Part shown: in pieces, positions 12,241 to 24,617 of the stretch
Position numbering within the stretch: the first letter of the stretch is position 1
Layout: each line of letters begins with the position of its first letter
NCBI GenBank assembly: GCA_030265395.1
Contig: JARFYF010000112.1
Coordinates: forward strand, 65,175,737 to 65,239,736
Reading direction: 5' to 3'
Origin: Rhina ancylostomus
Taxonomy: Eukaryota
Length of the DNA: 64,000 nucleotides
The notes under the pieces: model-generated
What the model was told of the DNA's origin: nothing
Seen by the model: the letters and a program-made list of their open reading frames with translations, nothing else
Database searches by the model: none
Made by a program: the position numbers and the translations under genes

Positions 12241-12925
12241 TCCTTTTCTTCCTTCCCTTTCTAACATAATTGCAGGGCTACAGGTCATGGCCCATTGACC
12301 CTGTAGTGCACTTGTGGTCCTACCAACAAATCTCACATCAAACAATCCCCACCCACAACAAGTCCCTTAATGTTGGAATACAATGTTGCCAGATCTAAGG
12401 CCACTACTCATAGATGATTAATAATCTGGTCTGGATTTTTCCAGCACACATGGCATCTGCATTAGTGATCATGAGTCCACTTAATTTCCACAGATGGCAT
12501 CAACTTTGGATATACTTTGGAATACTGCAGATGCTGGAAATCTGAAATATAAACAAATTGCTGGAAATGAACCGCAGATTAGGCAGCATTAGTGGAGACA
12601 GTTTCTAATGCTCTAGAGAGTTTCTGAATTAATGTTCCTGGACAATAAGTTTATATCAGCACCGTTCAAACTTCAAGATGGACTCCTTCCTATTATCATT
12701 TTGCTTTGAAAATTGATTCAGAAAATGTTTGGCCAGGAATTTACAGGCTTCTTGGATGAGCACAGTTCTGTGCATAACTAAGCTACCTTCCCTGCCAGGA
12801 CATCCATACTGCAGAGTAGGATACTGGTTTTCACAACCTTTAAAGCTTCCCATGAGTGATGTCATGGAAGAGGGTCACTGATGTACATTAAAGTACTGTG
12901 CACTGAAATATCACATTTTACAGTA

Positions 12926-13187
12926 CAGGTATTCCTCAATTTAGCAAAGGGTTAATTTCCTGGAAATCATTTTATTTAAGCAAAATTTCACAAATCAAAA
13001 GAACTAGACAAAATGCAATGGGGGTAGTTTTGTAAAGTGGTTGCCAAAATACTCTGGGCAGAAAGGGATGCACTATTTATTGTAATGAAAAGCAGAATAG
13101 TAAATCAAAGACACCTTACCCCAAAGAGTCAATGGTGCTCTAGTGAAAATTTGTAAAATAACAAATTTGTAAATTGAAAAATGTCTG
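12926..13187. mobile_element. Old Tigger/pogo-like MITE
   Basis: TA followed by CAGGTATTCCTCAATTTAGCAAA at the left end. The imperfect inverted copy TTTGTAAATTGAAAAATGTCTG ends at 13187. No ORF. Confidence 0.5.
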
Positions 13188-14519
13188 CATATCAATGTAT
13201 ATAGGCCTATCTTTCAATAGTTATTACCTGACAGTGTTTCTTGCTTCTTCAAAGATTATTTTAAAATTTGGTAATGGATTGTTACTTTATTTATAAGAGC
13301 ATTATGTTATTAACTGTCCATTGTATCATATCTTTTTACCTTGAATAATTTTAAAGCATCATGTCAATTCAAAGAGATTTTAAGCATAAAGAACCCTAAA
13401 AAGTTTCTTTTGGTTGGTGTTTCATTCATCAGACCAGATAACCTGAATATTTATGTTTACCTTGTCTAAAGTGGTAAAGTGCCAGAAGTCTAAATAATTT
13501 TCTCATGTGGAATGCTTACCAAAGTTATGGAAATAATCAGGTTTATCACTGGGATGTTCATCTGATAAACAGTATCCTCACAGTGCAGGCAAGCAACATA
13601 TTTGACTGACTATGTGATGTCATCTGTGTGTGGGCAACTTGCCCCAGGCAGAAAACAGCAGCCTTATTGCACACAGTCTGCACCCATCTGTTGCACAGAG
13701 TGGCAACATGTTGTTTGTAAACAGCATTTACAATGCTTCTGTGGTGCATCATCCACTCAAACAATGGGGAATACAACCCATTTATTTCATCTGGCTTGAG
13801 GTACTTCAAATGCTTGCAAGCATTCCAACTGCACACTCCAGAAACTTCTGTAAATGATCTACTGTGTTCATTCTGTGAATTTTCCAGTCAATGTTGCATT
13901 AAAGCATAATTGAGAGAGAAAGGACAGGTAAAGTCCAGCTGGTCCATTAAGCCTGTCCTTTACTTGGCATGCTGTAAATTCTGCATATCATCACCCTCCC
14001 CCTCACACCCACCCTAAAACATGCATCCTCCTGGGAGAGACAAAAGGTAAAGAAAAGCCCTTAGGCCAACTTGAGGGGAAAAAGCTCTGAAATTTCACTC
14101 CAATCCCTAGGGGCAATTGAACAAGCTCCAGGAGGGTACAGTGCCTGGGTGAAATAAACTCCAGGATTCATCATCCTCTATATTTATAAATATGTTAGCC
14201 TGTTTCAGCACCTTGAACAGTATGCTTGCTTGGATGGAAGGACCAGGAGATCAATGATTTTTGGTCACTGAGTTGACAATGTTGGAGTTAATATCATTAA
14301 CCCAAAAAGGATATTAACTCCCCCCTCCCCCAAGCCTCCCCCATAGTCCAGTACAGCACCTTGGCCTCCAAACCGTTGGAAAGCAACAAAAACACTAAGC
14401 AAGAGATCCATTGAAAATTTAAGTGAACCCAATCTCAATCCCTTCAAGAAATCACCATTATCAGCTAATGTGATGGAAGAATGGGTTAGTTACAATGAAA
14501 GGAGGAATGTTGTTTGATG

Positions 14520-15200
14520 CCGATGGCCGGTGATATTCAACAAAGCCTTGGAATCTGGATGCATTCCAAAATCATGGCAAAAAGAAATGACTATTGCTCA
14601 AATCTGACAAGCCAATCAAAGACCCGAGAAGTAATAATCCAACATCATTCTTATGCACAATCTACAAACTCCTAGGATGCATCATCTTCTCAAACCATGC
14701 CTTTTGCTGAAGCAAACAACCCCAAAAAACATGTGGAATTTTAGCCTAAGCACAAATTTTGATGCTCACAATGAATATCAAGACCACAATGTAATCATTT
14801 GGAGATCTGTCATCAGCCTGATAATCAAACAATCCTCTCCTGCCACTGTCTCCCAGTGCACCTAATTTTGGACATTGCTGACCTTTCTGGGTCTTCGGTT
14901 GGACTGTCACGTTTGAATATAGCATTCATCTTTATTTTCTGATATGCTTTTAGGTACTGTTAATCCAGTTCTGCAACAAGGTCAACTAGCTTTGGTTCAT
15001 CAGTGATGGAGTACCTCAAGGCTCAGTACTCACTCCATCACTCTTTAAAGTCCACACAAGGAATATTTTACCAATGGAGTCATGCAAATATGAGTACATA
15101 GCTGAACTTGCATTGGCCACAAAAACAGCCATTTTTAAAGACTTGGAGTCTCTGTGCCTTCAACCAGACAAGATAAGAGAGTTAAATCACACTCTTGAAA
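14520..15200 (+). mobile_element. Highly decayed Vingi/Ingi-like LINE reverse transcriptase fragment
   Basis: Translates in pieces as IFNKALESGCIPKSWQK...KPIKDPRSNNPTSFLCTIYKL, DGVPQGSVLTPSLF and KYEYIAELALA (degenerate YADD). Family assignment is inferred from motif style. Confidence 0.6.
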
Positions 15201-15544
15201 TATGCCTTGTAGATGAAGGAAAGCCTTTAAAATGTCAGGCAATAAATCACTCATCCACAATATCCAGCCCAGTTGCTCTTGTAGCCACAACATATATATG
15301 AAGATGTTCCAGTTGAATTTCTCATCAATGGTGTTCCACAGGTCATTGATGCTGGGAAACTTAGGAAAGGAAATGCTACTGAATATTAAGTACAGATGGT
15401 TGGACTCTTATTATTGGAACTAAAGTACCTGACAATCTTGTTGTGCCAGTGTTACTTATCATTTATCTACCCATGCCTGTTGGTTAGATAGGTCCCGTTG
15501 AATGCAGCCATGAACTGTTTCCTTTTATGAAGAGTTGCAAGTAG

Positions 15545-15710
15545 AAGTGAAAATTGCACAATCAATGAATGTCCACACTTCTGACCTTGTGATGGAACAA
15601 AGCTCATGACTGAAGAAGCTGAACATGGTTAGGACTAGGACACTACCCCCAAGGAACTTCTGAAATGATGTTCTATGGCTGAAATGATCAACTTCTAACA
15701 ATCCCAGCCA
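15545..15710 (-). mobile_element. Fragment of the CR1/L2-group LINE RT (GVPQGSVLGP region)
   Basis: Reverse complement parallels 54195-54300. Confidence 0.55.
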
Positions 15711-15839
15711 GGTTCATGAGGAGTTGTCTTGTCTTGCCTTTGTTATCTTCACATATGTATCATGTTCATACTTGGTAGTCTGATTTATGTTTAGCCACAG
15801 CCAACTTGTTAGAGAATTTCAGAGATAAACTTAGAATCA

Positions 15840-16060
15840 TTACTATGTGTCTGGAATTTGGTCTGGAAGGGGTGGCAGATTTCCTTCCCTAATAGACAGT
15901 AATTAATGAACCAGGTGTGTTTTCACAACAATCCAGTGGTTTTGTAGTCACTATGGCAGATACTAACTTTTTATTCTAGATTATCTAACTAGTTCCCCTA
16001 CTGCTCATTACTATTAGTCCAAGCGTGGATTAAAACACTAGCAACATAATCACTGTTACC
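15840..16060 (-). mobile_element. tRNA-type SINE fragment (family of 22270-22610 and 23120-23420)
   Basis: GGCAGATTTCCTTCCCTAA and ACAACAATCCAG...GTCAC.AT..C.GATACTAAC.TTTT are shared with 23250-23340. Confidence 0.6.
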
Positions 16061-16084
16061 ATTCTCAGGTACCATTTCAGGATT

Positions 16085-16385
16085 CTCAACCCCAGTTCAA
16101 TCCTGACTTCCAATGCTGTCTGTATGGAATTTGCATGCTCTCCCTGTGATCATGTGGGTTCTTCCAGATGCTCTGGTTACCTCCCACACCCCAAAGATGC
16201 TGATAGCTTAATTGACCACAGTAGCTTGCTGCTAGCATGCAAGTGATTGTAGAAATCTGAGGTAAATTGAGGGGGATGTGGGAAGAATAAAATGAAATTA
16301 GGGTAGGATTAGTGTAATTTGGCATTTGATAGTCAGCATCCACTCAGTGGATTGAAGGGCCTGTTTCTGTCCTGTATGACTGATA
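16085..16385 (+). mobile_element. V-SINE with CR1-type tail
   Basis: B-box-like GTTCAATCC, V-domain GGAATTTGCATGCTCTCCCTGTGA...CTCCCACACCCCAAAGA, tail GAAGGGCCTGTTTCTGTCCTGTATGACT. Confidence 0.8.
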
Positions 16386-18715
16386 TGTATACGATAACAT
16401 ACTCAACATGCAACTATATAAACATAAACTCTTATCGATATTCAGATTCTACACCAACTGAACAATTAGACTATATAGGCAACATCTGAATGTCCAACTA
16501 CATCATATTGGAGGTCATTAATTCTTGTGTTAACATGTTATACATTGTGTACTGCTTGCTGAAGAACAGTATGGAGTTTACACATGTGGATGTAATACTA
16601 ACCTGAAAATGCATAAAGACTTTCTTTGTACATGACTACTGAATATATATCTTTCATATCCAATTCATGTAGAAAGTAAAATAAGCTGAATACACTGCCG
16701 AAGTTTTTGAACTTCCACAGACCAAACAGACAGACTGCCATGTAACTTATCAATGCAGATTTTACACATGAATTGTGCTCACTTAGAATTATACACTGGC
16801 AAGCTTTGCATATGGACTGGGTATGGGCATTTTTACATGAAAATTAAACTTAATGGAAACAGTAAATGTAATGTTTATTCAATGTCAATCTTAATAGACT
16901 TTCAACACATGATTTGCATTCTGCTTCAACATTTGGAGAATAGGTGAAGTGCTGAGGAGAGGCACTCCACCACTCTTCTGGTTTTCACTTGCCAGAGACT
17001 AGGGTTAAGCATGTAGACTACCAATGGCTGCTTGTGTTTATAAGGCTCAGAGGTATTGACTACTCAGTCTGTGACAAATTGACTAGCTATGTTCTGCAAA
17101 TGTACAATATTAATATAATATCTATATCTGCAGTCTGGTAACAACACATTATGCATGAAGGTACATTATCTGTCACAAAGTAAATCATATATACATTTAT
17201 GATTAAAATCTATTTTTGTATCCATTTTAAAAATTCATTTATTGTATTTTAAATAAAGTACCTGAATAAAAATATTAAATTGTAAATAAAAATACTCCTT
17301 ATAAGTGAGACATTGCAAATTTAAAATCAGTTAGTAAAATAACACAACCATCCTGTACAAGAACTCATTAAACCTTTATGAAACTCATTATTATTTCAGT
17401 GATATGCAAAGAGCCACAATCTGATTGGTTAAATCTAATTCTCTGAAGGACCTTGAATCAGGAACCAATGACATCAGAGTCTAAAACAAAAGCTCTCACT
17501 CTCATGACAGTGAGAGCACTTTGTCTACGGGAAACGTAATACTCCCATGAAGATTCATTGTGGCACCCTCAACATACTATATTTTAAAACAATCAGTCAT
17601 CTGTCAACGTACCTAAAGGTTCATGAAATTGGACTCAAGGTCTCTTGTTCTTACAATATAGACTGCAGGCACCATCACCTCACTGCTCTATAAAAGCTGT
17701 TACTGACAGAAGTACATTGAAAACCTAAGGGTCCACTTGCCGGAATGTATTTACTCTACAAAAAAAAAGTGGCAGCTAAATATAAAATAAGGTATGAAGT
17801 TTTACTGGATCCAGCTCAGGAGGAAATGAACCACAGATAGTATTACTTCCAGATTATGGGAAGAATTTGATAATAAAAGATGCCATTTGCTTTTCCATAA
17901 ACTAAGCTGGGTCAGAAAAGTTTTCAGGGATAAGGAGTCACTCACTTTTTCACAAATCCATAACTCTTGCTCTTATTATTCAGGATCCACTTTGATACTG
18001 CTTAGACAGGACCACACACTGACTGATCCTTTTACATAGTTTGTATAGCCAAATGCTTTCCATCCTGTTCTAGTGCACTTTGCACAACTCCATTTGATGT
18101 AACAATTTCCTGAATCATTTCCAAACAATGCATGCAATTCCCACAACTATATAACCCAACTGATATTCAGATCAGGAGAAAATCTCAAGCTAAACAAGTC
18201 CTTCAAATCTTAGAAAAATGTCCTTCGATGTTATTCTTTGATAGTGCAAGCAGTAGCTTGTTCACTTTGCTGTTCTGTCTACTCAGTGCCATTATTGCTG
18301 TGTAAGATTTCTTGCTATTCCCAGGCAACCACAGCTTAACCTCTTTCCTGTTTGTGCAATAGTTTTCTGCCACTCTCCCTTAATTATTTTAGGATGACAC
18401 TTCAGGTAAATTTATGCTTACATGTACATTTGCATGTAAGAAATGAAAGAAATTTCTAAACATGTTTAGAAATGAAGAAGCTCAATATGCCAACGTGCAG
18501 CATTATTTTAAATTTTCATATATAGTTGTAGGCTGTTTCATTTTGTTAATTTATAGTGAATGATAATAACCTTTATATCTGTTCAAGAAAAAAAATCAAT
18601 AACATTGCCTCTTTAAACCAATATTAGAATTTTCCAGAAACACAGGCAGACAACTTTTGCAATGTAAAAAAAATCCAGATAATTCACAGAATTAGCTCTT
18701 CTCTCCAAGTTTACA

Positions 18716-19985
18716 ATCATAGAATCATAGAGTTGTAGAGCACACAAGCAGTCACTTCAGCCTGACTTTGTCCATGCCAACCCAGATGCCTGTCCATGCC
18801 AAATCCAGTTTCCTGCATTTGGCCCATATCCCACTATTATTTTCCTTCCCACATACTGTCCAAATGTTTTTCAAATGCTGTGATTGGACCTGCCTCTTCC
18901 ACCTCCCCTGGCAGCTTGTTCCATATATGTACCACCCTCTGTATGAAAAACATGCACATCAAATCTCCTTTAAATATTTCCCCTCTCACCTTAAGCCTGT
19001 ATCCTCTAGATTTAGACTCCTCTCCCCTTGGAAAAAGACTAAACTATCTACCCTATAATTTTATAAACATCTATAAGGTTGCCCCTCAGCCTCCTGTGCT
19101 CTAGTGAGAACAATCCCAGTGTATCCAATCTCTCCTTGTAACTAAAATACTGCATTCCAGTCAACATCCTGGTGAATTTCTTCTGTATTCTTTTTAATGC
19201 TACCACATCCTTGCTATTTTGTGGTGACCAGAACGGCACATAATATTCCAAGTGTGGCCTAACCAATGTCTTGACCAGCGGCAAAATGATGACCCAACTC
19301 TTATATCCAATACCCCTTCCCTATAAAGGCAAGCAAGCTAAATACCTTCTTCACAACCCTTTTCACCTGTGTTGCCACTTTCAGGGAGCTATGATGTACT
19401 CCAAGTTTTCTCTGTACATCAATGCTTCTAAGATCCCTACCATTTACAGACTATGTCCAGCCAGTATTTGATGACCGAAGACATTACTTCACATTTGGCT
19501 GTATTAAATTTCATTTGCCACCATTCTGAACAACCTACAAGCTGTTCTATTTCCCTCTGTATCCTTAGGCAACCATCCTTGCTTTCTACAACTCCACCAA
19601 TCTTTGCGTCAACAGCAAACTTACTTATCAGACTACAGACATTCTCATCCAAGTCATTCAGTATATGACAAACNNNNNNNNNNNNNNNNNNNNNNNNNNN
19701 NNNNNNNNNNNNNNNNNNNNNNNNNNNNNNNNNNNNNNNNNNNNNNNNNNNNNNNNNNNNNNNNNNNNNNNNNNNNNNNNNNNNNNNNNNNNNNNNNNNN
19801 NNNNNNNNNNNNNNNNNNNNNNNNNNNNNNNACCAGCCTACCATGCAGGACCTTATCAAAAGCCTTGCTAAGGTGCCAAGATTTATCGTCTTGCCTTCAT
19901 CAATTTTCTTAGTAACCTCCTCAAAAATCTCAGATTTGTGAGATAGCATTTCCTATGCATAAAACTATGCTGACTACCCCCAAAC
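18716..19985 (-). mobile_element. CR1 LINE 3' half (RT domain and 3' UTR)
   Basis: ORFs 19437..19949(-) ILNDLDENVCSLISKFAVDAKIGGVV...WQMKFNTAKCEVM and 19048..19284(-) KTLVRPHLEYYVPFWSP...LFSLEHRRLRGNLIDVYKI. Terminal (ATTCTATG)n repeat seen as ATCATAGAATCATAGA. Confidence 0.92.
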
Positions 19986-20689
19986 AATGATATAAGGAGA
20001 GTATGCACATTGACACTGGTAATTTTTTTGTAAGTATGGATAAAATGGCTGGATGTTCACATGCATATACACAGAGCTTGGGGTTCAAAGTCAAATGTGG
20101 GAGTCAGAAGAATGAAAAAGCATTAAATGTGACAAAAGTACATCCATACACATGGTGCTTTTACATATTGCATTTCAGAAATCCACTTGAAAATAATAGA
20201 ACTAATGAAAAACTATGCTATTTGCTCTTTGGTAGAAATTATGTGACAGCAAAAGAATTGCACACTGAGAAAACAGTCACATATTTTCCATTGTGAACTC
20301 TGGCATGTTGATGAGTAAACTGTAAAGAAGATTTGGAGTTATATATAGTCTTGTAATGAAATGTTCTTATAAATAAGGTAAAATCATTGAAAAACAGTTT
20401 ATGAGAAAGGATTGTCAGGTCTGGCCTTCCAAGTATGGCCACTTGTGCAATATCAATGGAGTAAGGTTCATTACTGACATGGTTCCCTGATTAAATGCAA
20501 ATTGTTGTAGCATTTCATTATGACAATAGCAAAACACATTTGTAGTGCTCTGTAAGCTTAGTACTATTGTTTACACAATATCTGAACTTCTCTCAATTCT
20601 AGTTTTCCCATCATTTGTGACATAATCTGCAGAACTTTTCCATTCAGTCTGCAAGAATGAACCAGAGCATCCAGTGGCCTGTCACTTTA

Positions 20690-21220
20690 ACTTTCCTTCC
20701 GACCTGATCTAACTTCTCTGCTTCCTACACTTTTCCAGTGAAGCTCAAACATAGGCTCACGGAACAGGACCACCAATGAGGCACATTACAAATTTCTGAT
20801 CTTAACATTGAGACCAATAAGTTCAGATGGCTAACACAGCCAACACTTGTATTTCAGATTTCCACCATTCACCTTACTTTTCTCTGGTAATTTCTGATAT
20901 TTATTCTGCTTCATCCATTTACACCTTACATTTTTTCCCTAATTTGATCACCTTTCACCATAATGCCTTTTGCTATTTAATCCCTCATCTTCCAACCTAT
21001 CATAGAGCTCCCCTTTTGTTCTGTCCTTCACTTACCCACTTGGCCACCCTGTCTCTGTGCCTTAAAATGCATCTTTCTCTAACTTTTACCACTTGTGATG
21101 AAAAGATATCATTAACTCTTTCTACCTCCACGGGTTCTGCCTGAGCAGCTGAAAAATTTCCATCATTTTATGGTTTTATTTTGGTTTTATTTCAGAATTC
21201 CAGCATCTGCATCTTTTTCA
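20690..21220 (+). mobile_element. Decayed Penelope-like 3' fragment
   Basis: Endonuclease-end-like GAAGCTCAAACATAGGCTCACGGAACAG, then a pyrimidine-rich UTR and the tail TTTTATTTCAGAATTCCAGCATCTGCA. Confidence 0.55.
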
Positions 21221-22269
21221 TTCCAATAAAACTTGGCCTTTCTGGTGACACTCAAATTGGCAGTCTGAACTTCAAAAAAAATCCTTCAATATTTTGGAAG
21301 ATCTTATATTTGCTAAGTTGCTGCACAGTTGTGTGGTGTGTATTCATTATGATTGGACAATTTGTGTTCCTTTTCACACAACACCATTACTTATAATCAA
21401 CAATGATTTTGAAATAGTTCCTGAGAAGTAAGATATGTAACAGAAATCATTATTCTCAAAAAAGGCAAAGTAATAACATCAGGAAAAAAAAAATCACCAA
21501 TGATTCTCCCAGTAGCTGCTTGCACTATTCTGATGGTACTGTTTTGAAAGATGACAGCATAAGAATTAAAACACTTCATTGACCTCCACTAATTCAGTCA
21601 ATATAACTTGGAGTCAAGGTAAAATTATCCATACACTTTATCTTGTCTTCTTCATCTTGTATACAATGAGCTGTTTCAATGTAGTTTAGATGTGGGCCAA
21701 GACTCCCTGTACATTGGGCTTTTAAGTGCTTCCAGACATAGTAAGATATGATTGGTTGCTTGATTAAGTTCCATCTACATTGGCTCATCAACTACTTGCA
21801 GATATTACTCCATCAAGGGCACGTAAGTCATAAAAGCTTATACCTTCACATCTTTTTGCAATACAGATGGATCAGACATCCATTGAGAGCATATCAAAAA
21901 TATCATATAGATATGATTCTCTGCATCACAGTACTAGGATTTCCACATTACCTGGATCTATTCATATTTTAAAATCAATGTGATGTATAAAGTGACAGAC
22001 TTGCAAAATCATGATGATTAAATAACCCTTTTTTTTGCTTGAGTTATAATAGCAACAATTATTTGGTCAATTCATAATGCAATCCACAAAGGATTTCCAG
22101 TAATAAAATGTGACCAGATCTCAGATCTGACTAAACACTTTGTCACATTTGTACCACATTCCTGTTCATTATGAAGACCAGTGTAGACTTTATTACAAAT
22201 ATGTATGCCTAGTGTTTTCATTGACAAAAAAAAATCACATCTTGATATCACTAATGTTAAGATATTGGA

Positions 22270-22610
22270 CAGGTTTTTCAAACACCAGGATAAATAATCC
22301 AGCAACACGAGTTAAAATCCCATTATAGTAGCCTGAAATTTAAACCCAATTGTTTGAATTAATTTGGACTAATTTGGGTTGATGTGTTATCAATAATAGT
22401 TACTATGAAATGATAGAACTGTTATTAAAAAAACCTATCAAGTTCACAGATGACTTTTAAGAAAGAAAGTTTACCACACTGATCCATATGTGACTCGATG
22501 TTTCTGACAATTAAATGCTCTCCAAATAGTTTAACAAACTACACCATTTCTAAGAAAGGTTCACCATCTTCCCAAAGGTAATTAGGTATGGGCAACTAAT
22601 GCTGTCTTTG
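22270..22610 (+). mobile_element. Old tRNA-type SINE whose tail matches the CR1/L2-group LINE 3' end
   Basis: Tail TCACCATCTTCCCAAAGGTAATTAGGTATGGGCAAC resembles CACCACTTTCTCAATGGTATTTAGGAATGG at about 55040-55072. Confidence 0.55.
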
Positions 22611-22904
22611 AATACACTACACAAAATATAACAGTAGAAATTGGTTAGATTTCAATTTTCTCACATTAAAATGTTGATTAATCGTTTCCTTGTTTAAAGT
22701 GTTTAATGTGATAGTTTGCATTTGGGTGGGAACTAGTTAACTGCTCTATAACATATTAGCTCTAAGTGCTTGGAGATGAAATAATCATTGATTAGGTATT
22801 TATAAATAGACAGTCAAAGAGTTACTTTGCAAAGCTTTAGCGGCTCTGTGTAAAAGACCTTTCTGACAAAAAAAACATACTGCTACTGTTAAAAAGGGAA
22901 ACAG

Positions 22905-23110
22905 TTTGCATTTACATAGCACCTTATTAGATCTCTCAGCAAATCCCAAAATGCCCCACGAAACTGTTCAGGGAGGCTAAAATTTTAAAGTACAATTTAT
23001 TTTTAAAGTTTTAAAGTACAATCCCAGTCAATAAAATGAATAAGGAGAATGTTAATCTACTGTTGTTGCGTTGATGGGGGAATATTTGCCAGGATACCAG
23101 GATTCCTTAT
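22905..23110 (-). mobile_element. Deu-domain SINE remnant
   Basis: TTGCATTTACATAGCACCTT tail (reverse complement) and GTTGATGGGGGAATATTTGCCAGGATACCAG core; compare 38260-38310. Confidence 0.5.
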
Positions 23111-23119
23111 CGTTTTTTT

Positions 23120-23420
23120 ATTCTTTCACATGGGGGGGGTGGACATCACTGGTAAGAGCGGCATTTGCTGCCCGTCTCCAGCTCCCTGTTAAGCGTCTTC
23201 CTCATTGCTGTGGATTTGATGTACAGAGAGGATAGACAAGGTAAGGCGAGTAGATCACCTTCCCCGAAGGACATCAAGTGAGTACTTACAACAATCCAGC
23301 TGTTTCGCTGTCACCATTACTAGTACTAACATTTTTATTTATTTTATATTTATTTAATAGACTAAATTTAAATACTCCCGCTGCTATAGTGAGGTTCGAA
23401 CTCTTCACGGAGCTCTTAAT
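23120..23420 (-). mobile_element. tRNA-type SINE (family of 22270-22610), CpG-retaining copy
   Basis: GTGGACATCACTGGTAAG..CGGCATTTGCTGCCC is the reverse complement of the family tail. Body matches 15860-15990. Confidence 0.6.
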
Positions 23421-24409
23421 TACCACTTGAATGCCCAAAGCAGGTAGATGGAGATTTATTCGAATCGAAAGCATAAAACTTTTGACTAACCGGCAATTTT
23501 TCATTACTGCTTTCAACTATTAACCTTCCAATACAATATGGACCAATTTCTTAACTTTCACAGATTGACTTGAGAATCTTCATCAAATGCCTCCACACTT
23601 TTACACACTCCCTATCCCTTCACCTGGTCCAGCTTATATCTACTCGCATCCCTCAATTCTTTTGAATGTGGCCCTTGTGTACATTGCCTCCTTTAACTCC
23701 ACGCTTGGCGCGAAGGGGCTTTCGCCACATCCTCAGAATTCCTTCTCCAACCATGATGGGGTCCTTTTTGAAAGCCCACCTTTTCCATTCGGTTTTTTGT
23801 TTCCATCCTCGTCTCTCCAATCATTCCTCTTAACTATAATTCGTGGCTTGCCTGTGGACATTTGTATCTCACAAATGCACGTGGTTCTTGAAGTAACAAA
23901 ATCCAGATTAGTTCTCGTTCTCTCTCTCTCTCTCTCTCAGAGTCACAATGATTATTGTAATCCAATCCCCGTCCATTTTTAANNNNNNNNNNNNNNNNNN
24001 NNNNNNNNNNNNNNNNNNNNNNNNNNNNNNNNNNNNNNNNNNNNNNNNNNNNNNNNNNNNNNNNNNNNNNNNNNNNNNNNNNNNNNNNNNNTGTCAAAAC
24101 TCAGAAAAGCGCTCTTTCCTCATGTTAAGAGAATAATCAGAATTAAGGCATTTTAGCACCACGAACTAAAATTCCATTTAAGTATATGCTTTAAAAGATC
24201 GCGGTTAATGGTAGTTCAGGAATGTTTAATCACCTTGCCCCAAGTACACAGCAAACATGAATGTGTGCATAGAGTGCTTGGAATAAACAGTAAGTTTCTG
24301 CAAAAAAAAACCCTATAAAAGAGTAAGCAAAATTTTGCTACTCCCTCTGTCAGAACTGACATTCGTCAATTTCATCCAGGAGCAAGAAATCTTTGGAAGA
24401 CGGGACCCA

Positions 24410-24545
24410 AGCCAGCCTGAGCCAATGAAGAGACTGGATGGGCGGGTCCACCTGACCGCCCGCCGCTCGGAGGGCCGCGTACCAATGATCGGAGCCGAGG
24501 GGCGGCCCGGGTGGCGTGTCCAGCAGCTGGCGCGGGTATAACTCA
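24410..24545 (+). promoter_or_regulatory. Proximal promoter of the POU4 gene
   Basis: GC/CpG-rich. CCAAT at 24422 and 24482, GGGCGG at 24440 and 24500, E-boxes CACCTG (24449) and CAGCTG (24524), TATA-like TATAA at 24537-24541, about 80 bp upstream of the ATG. Confidence 0.75.
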
Positions 24546-24617
24546 GCGACAAGCGGATGGAGTGTGATCGGGACAGCGCCAGTTCAGCGCTCACCTGCAC
24601 ATGACCCACTTGCAAAC

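Noticed and set aside
13602-13799. Cys-rich ORF (ICCTEWQHVVCKQHLQCFC) faintly like a piggyBac C-terminal domain
   Set aside because: Cysteine spacing is only partly right, and I see no transposase core or TTAA-bounded termini nearby. A profile search would be needed.
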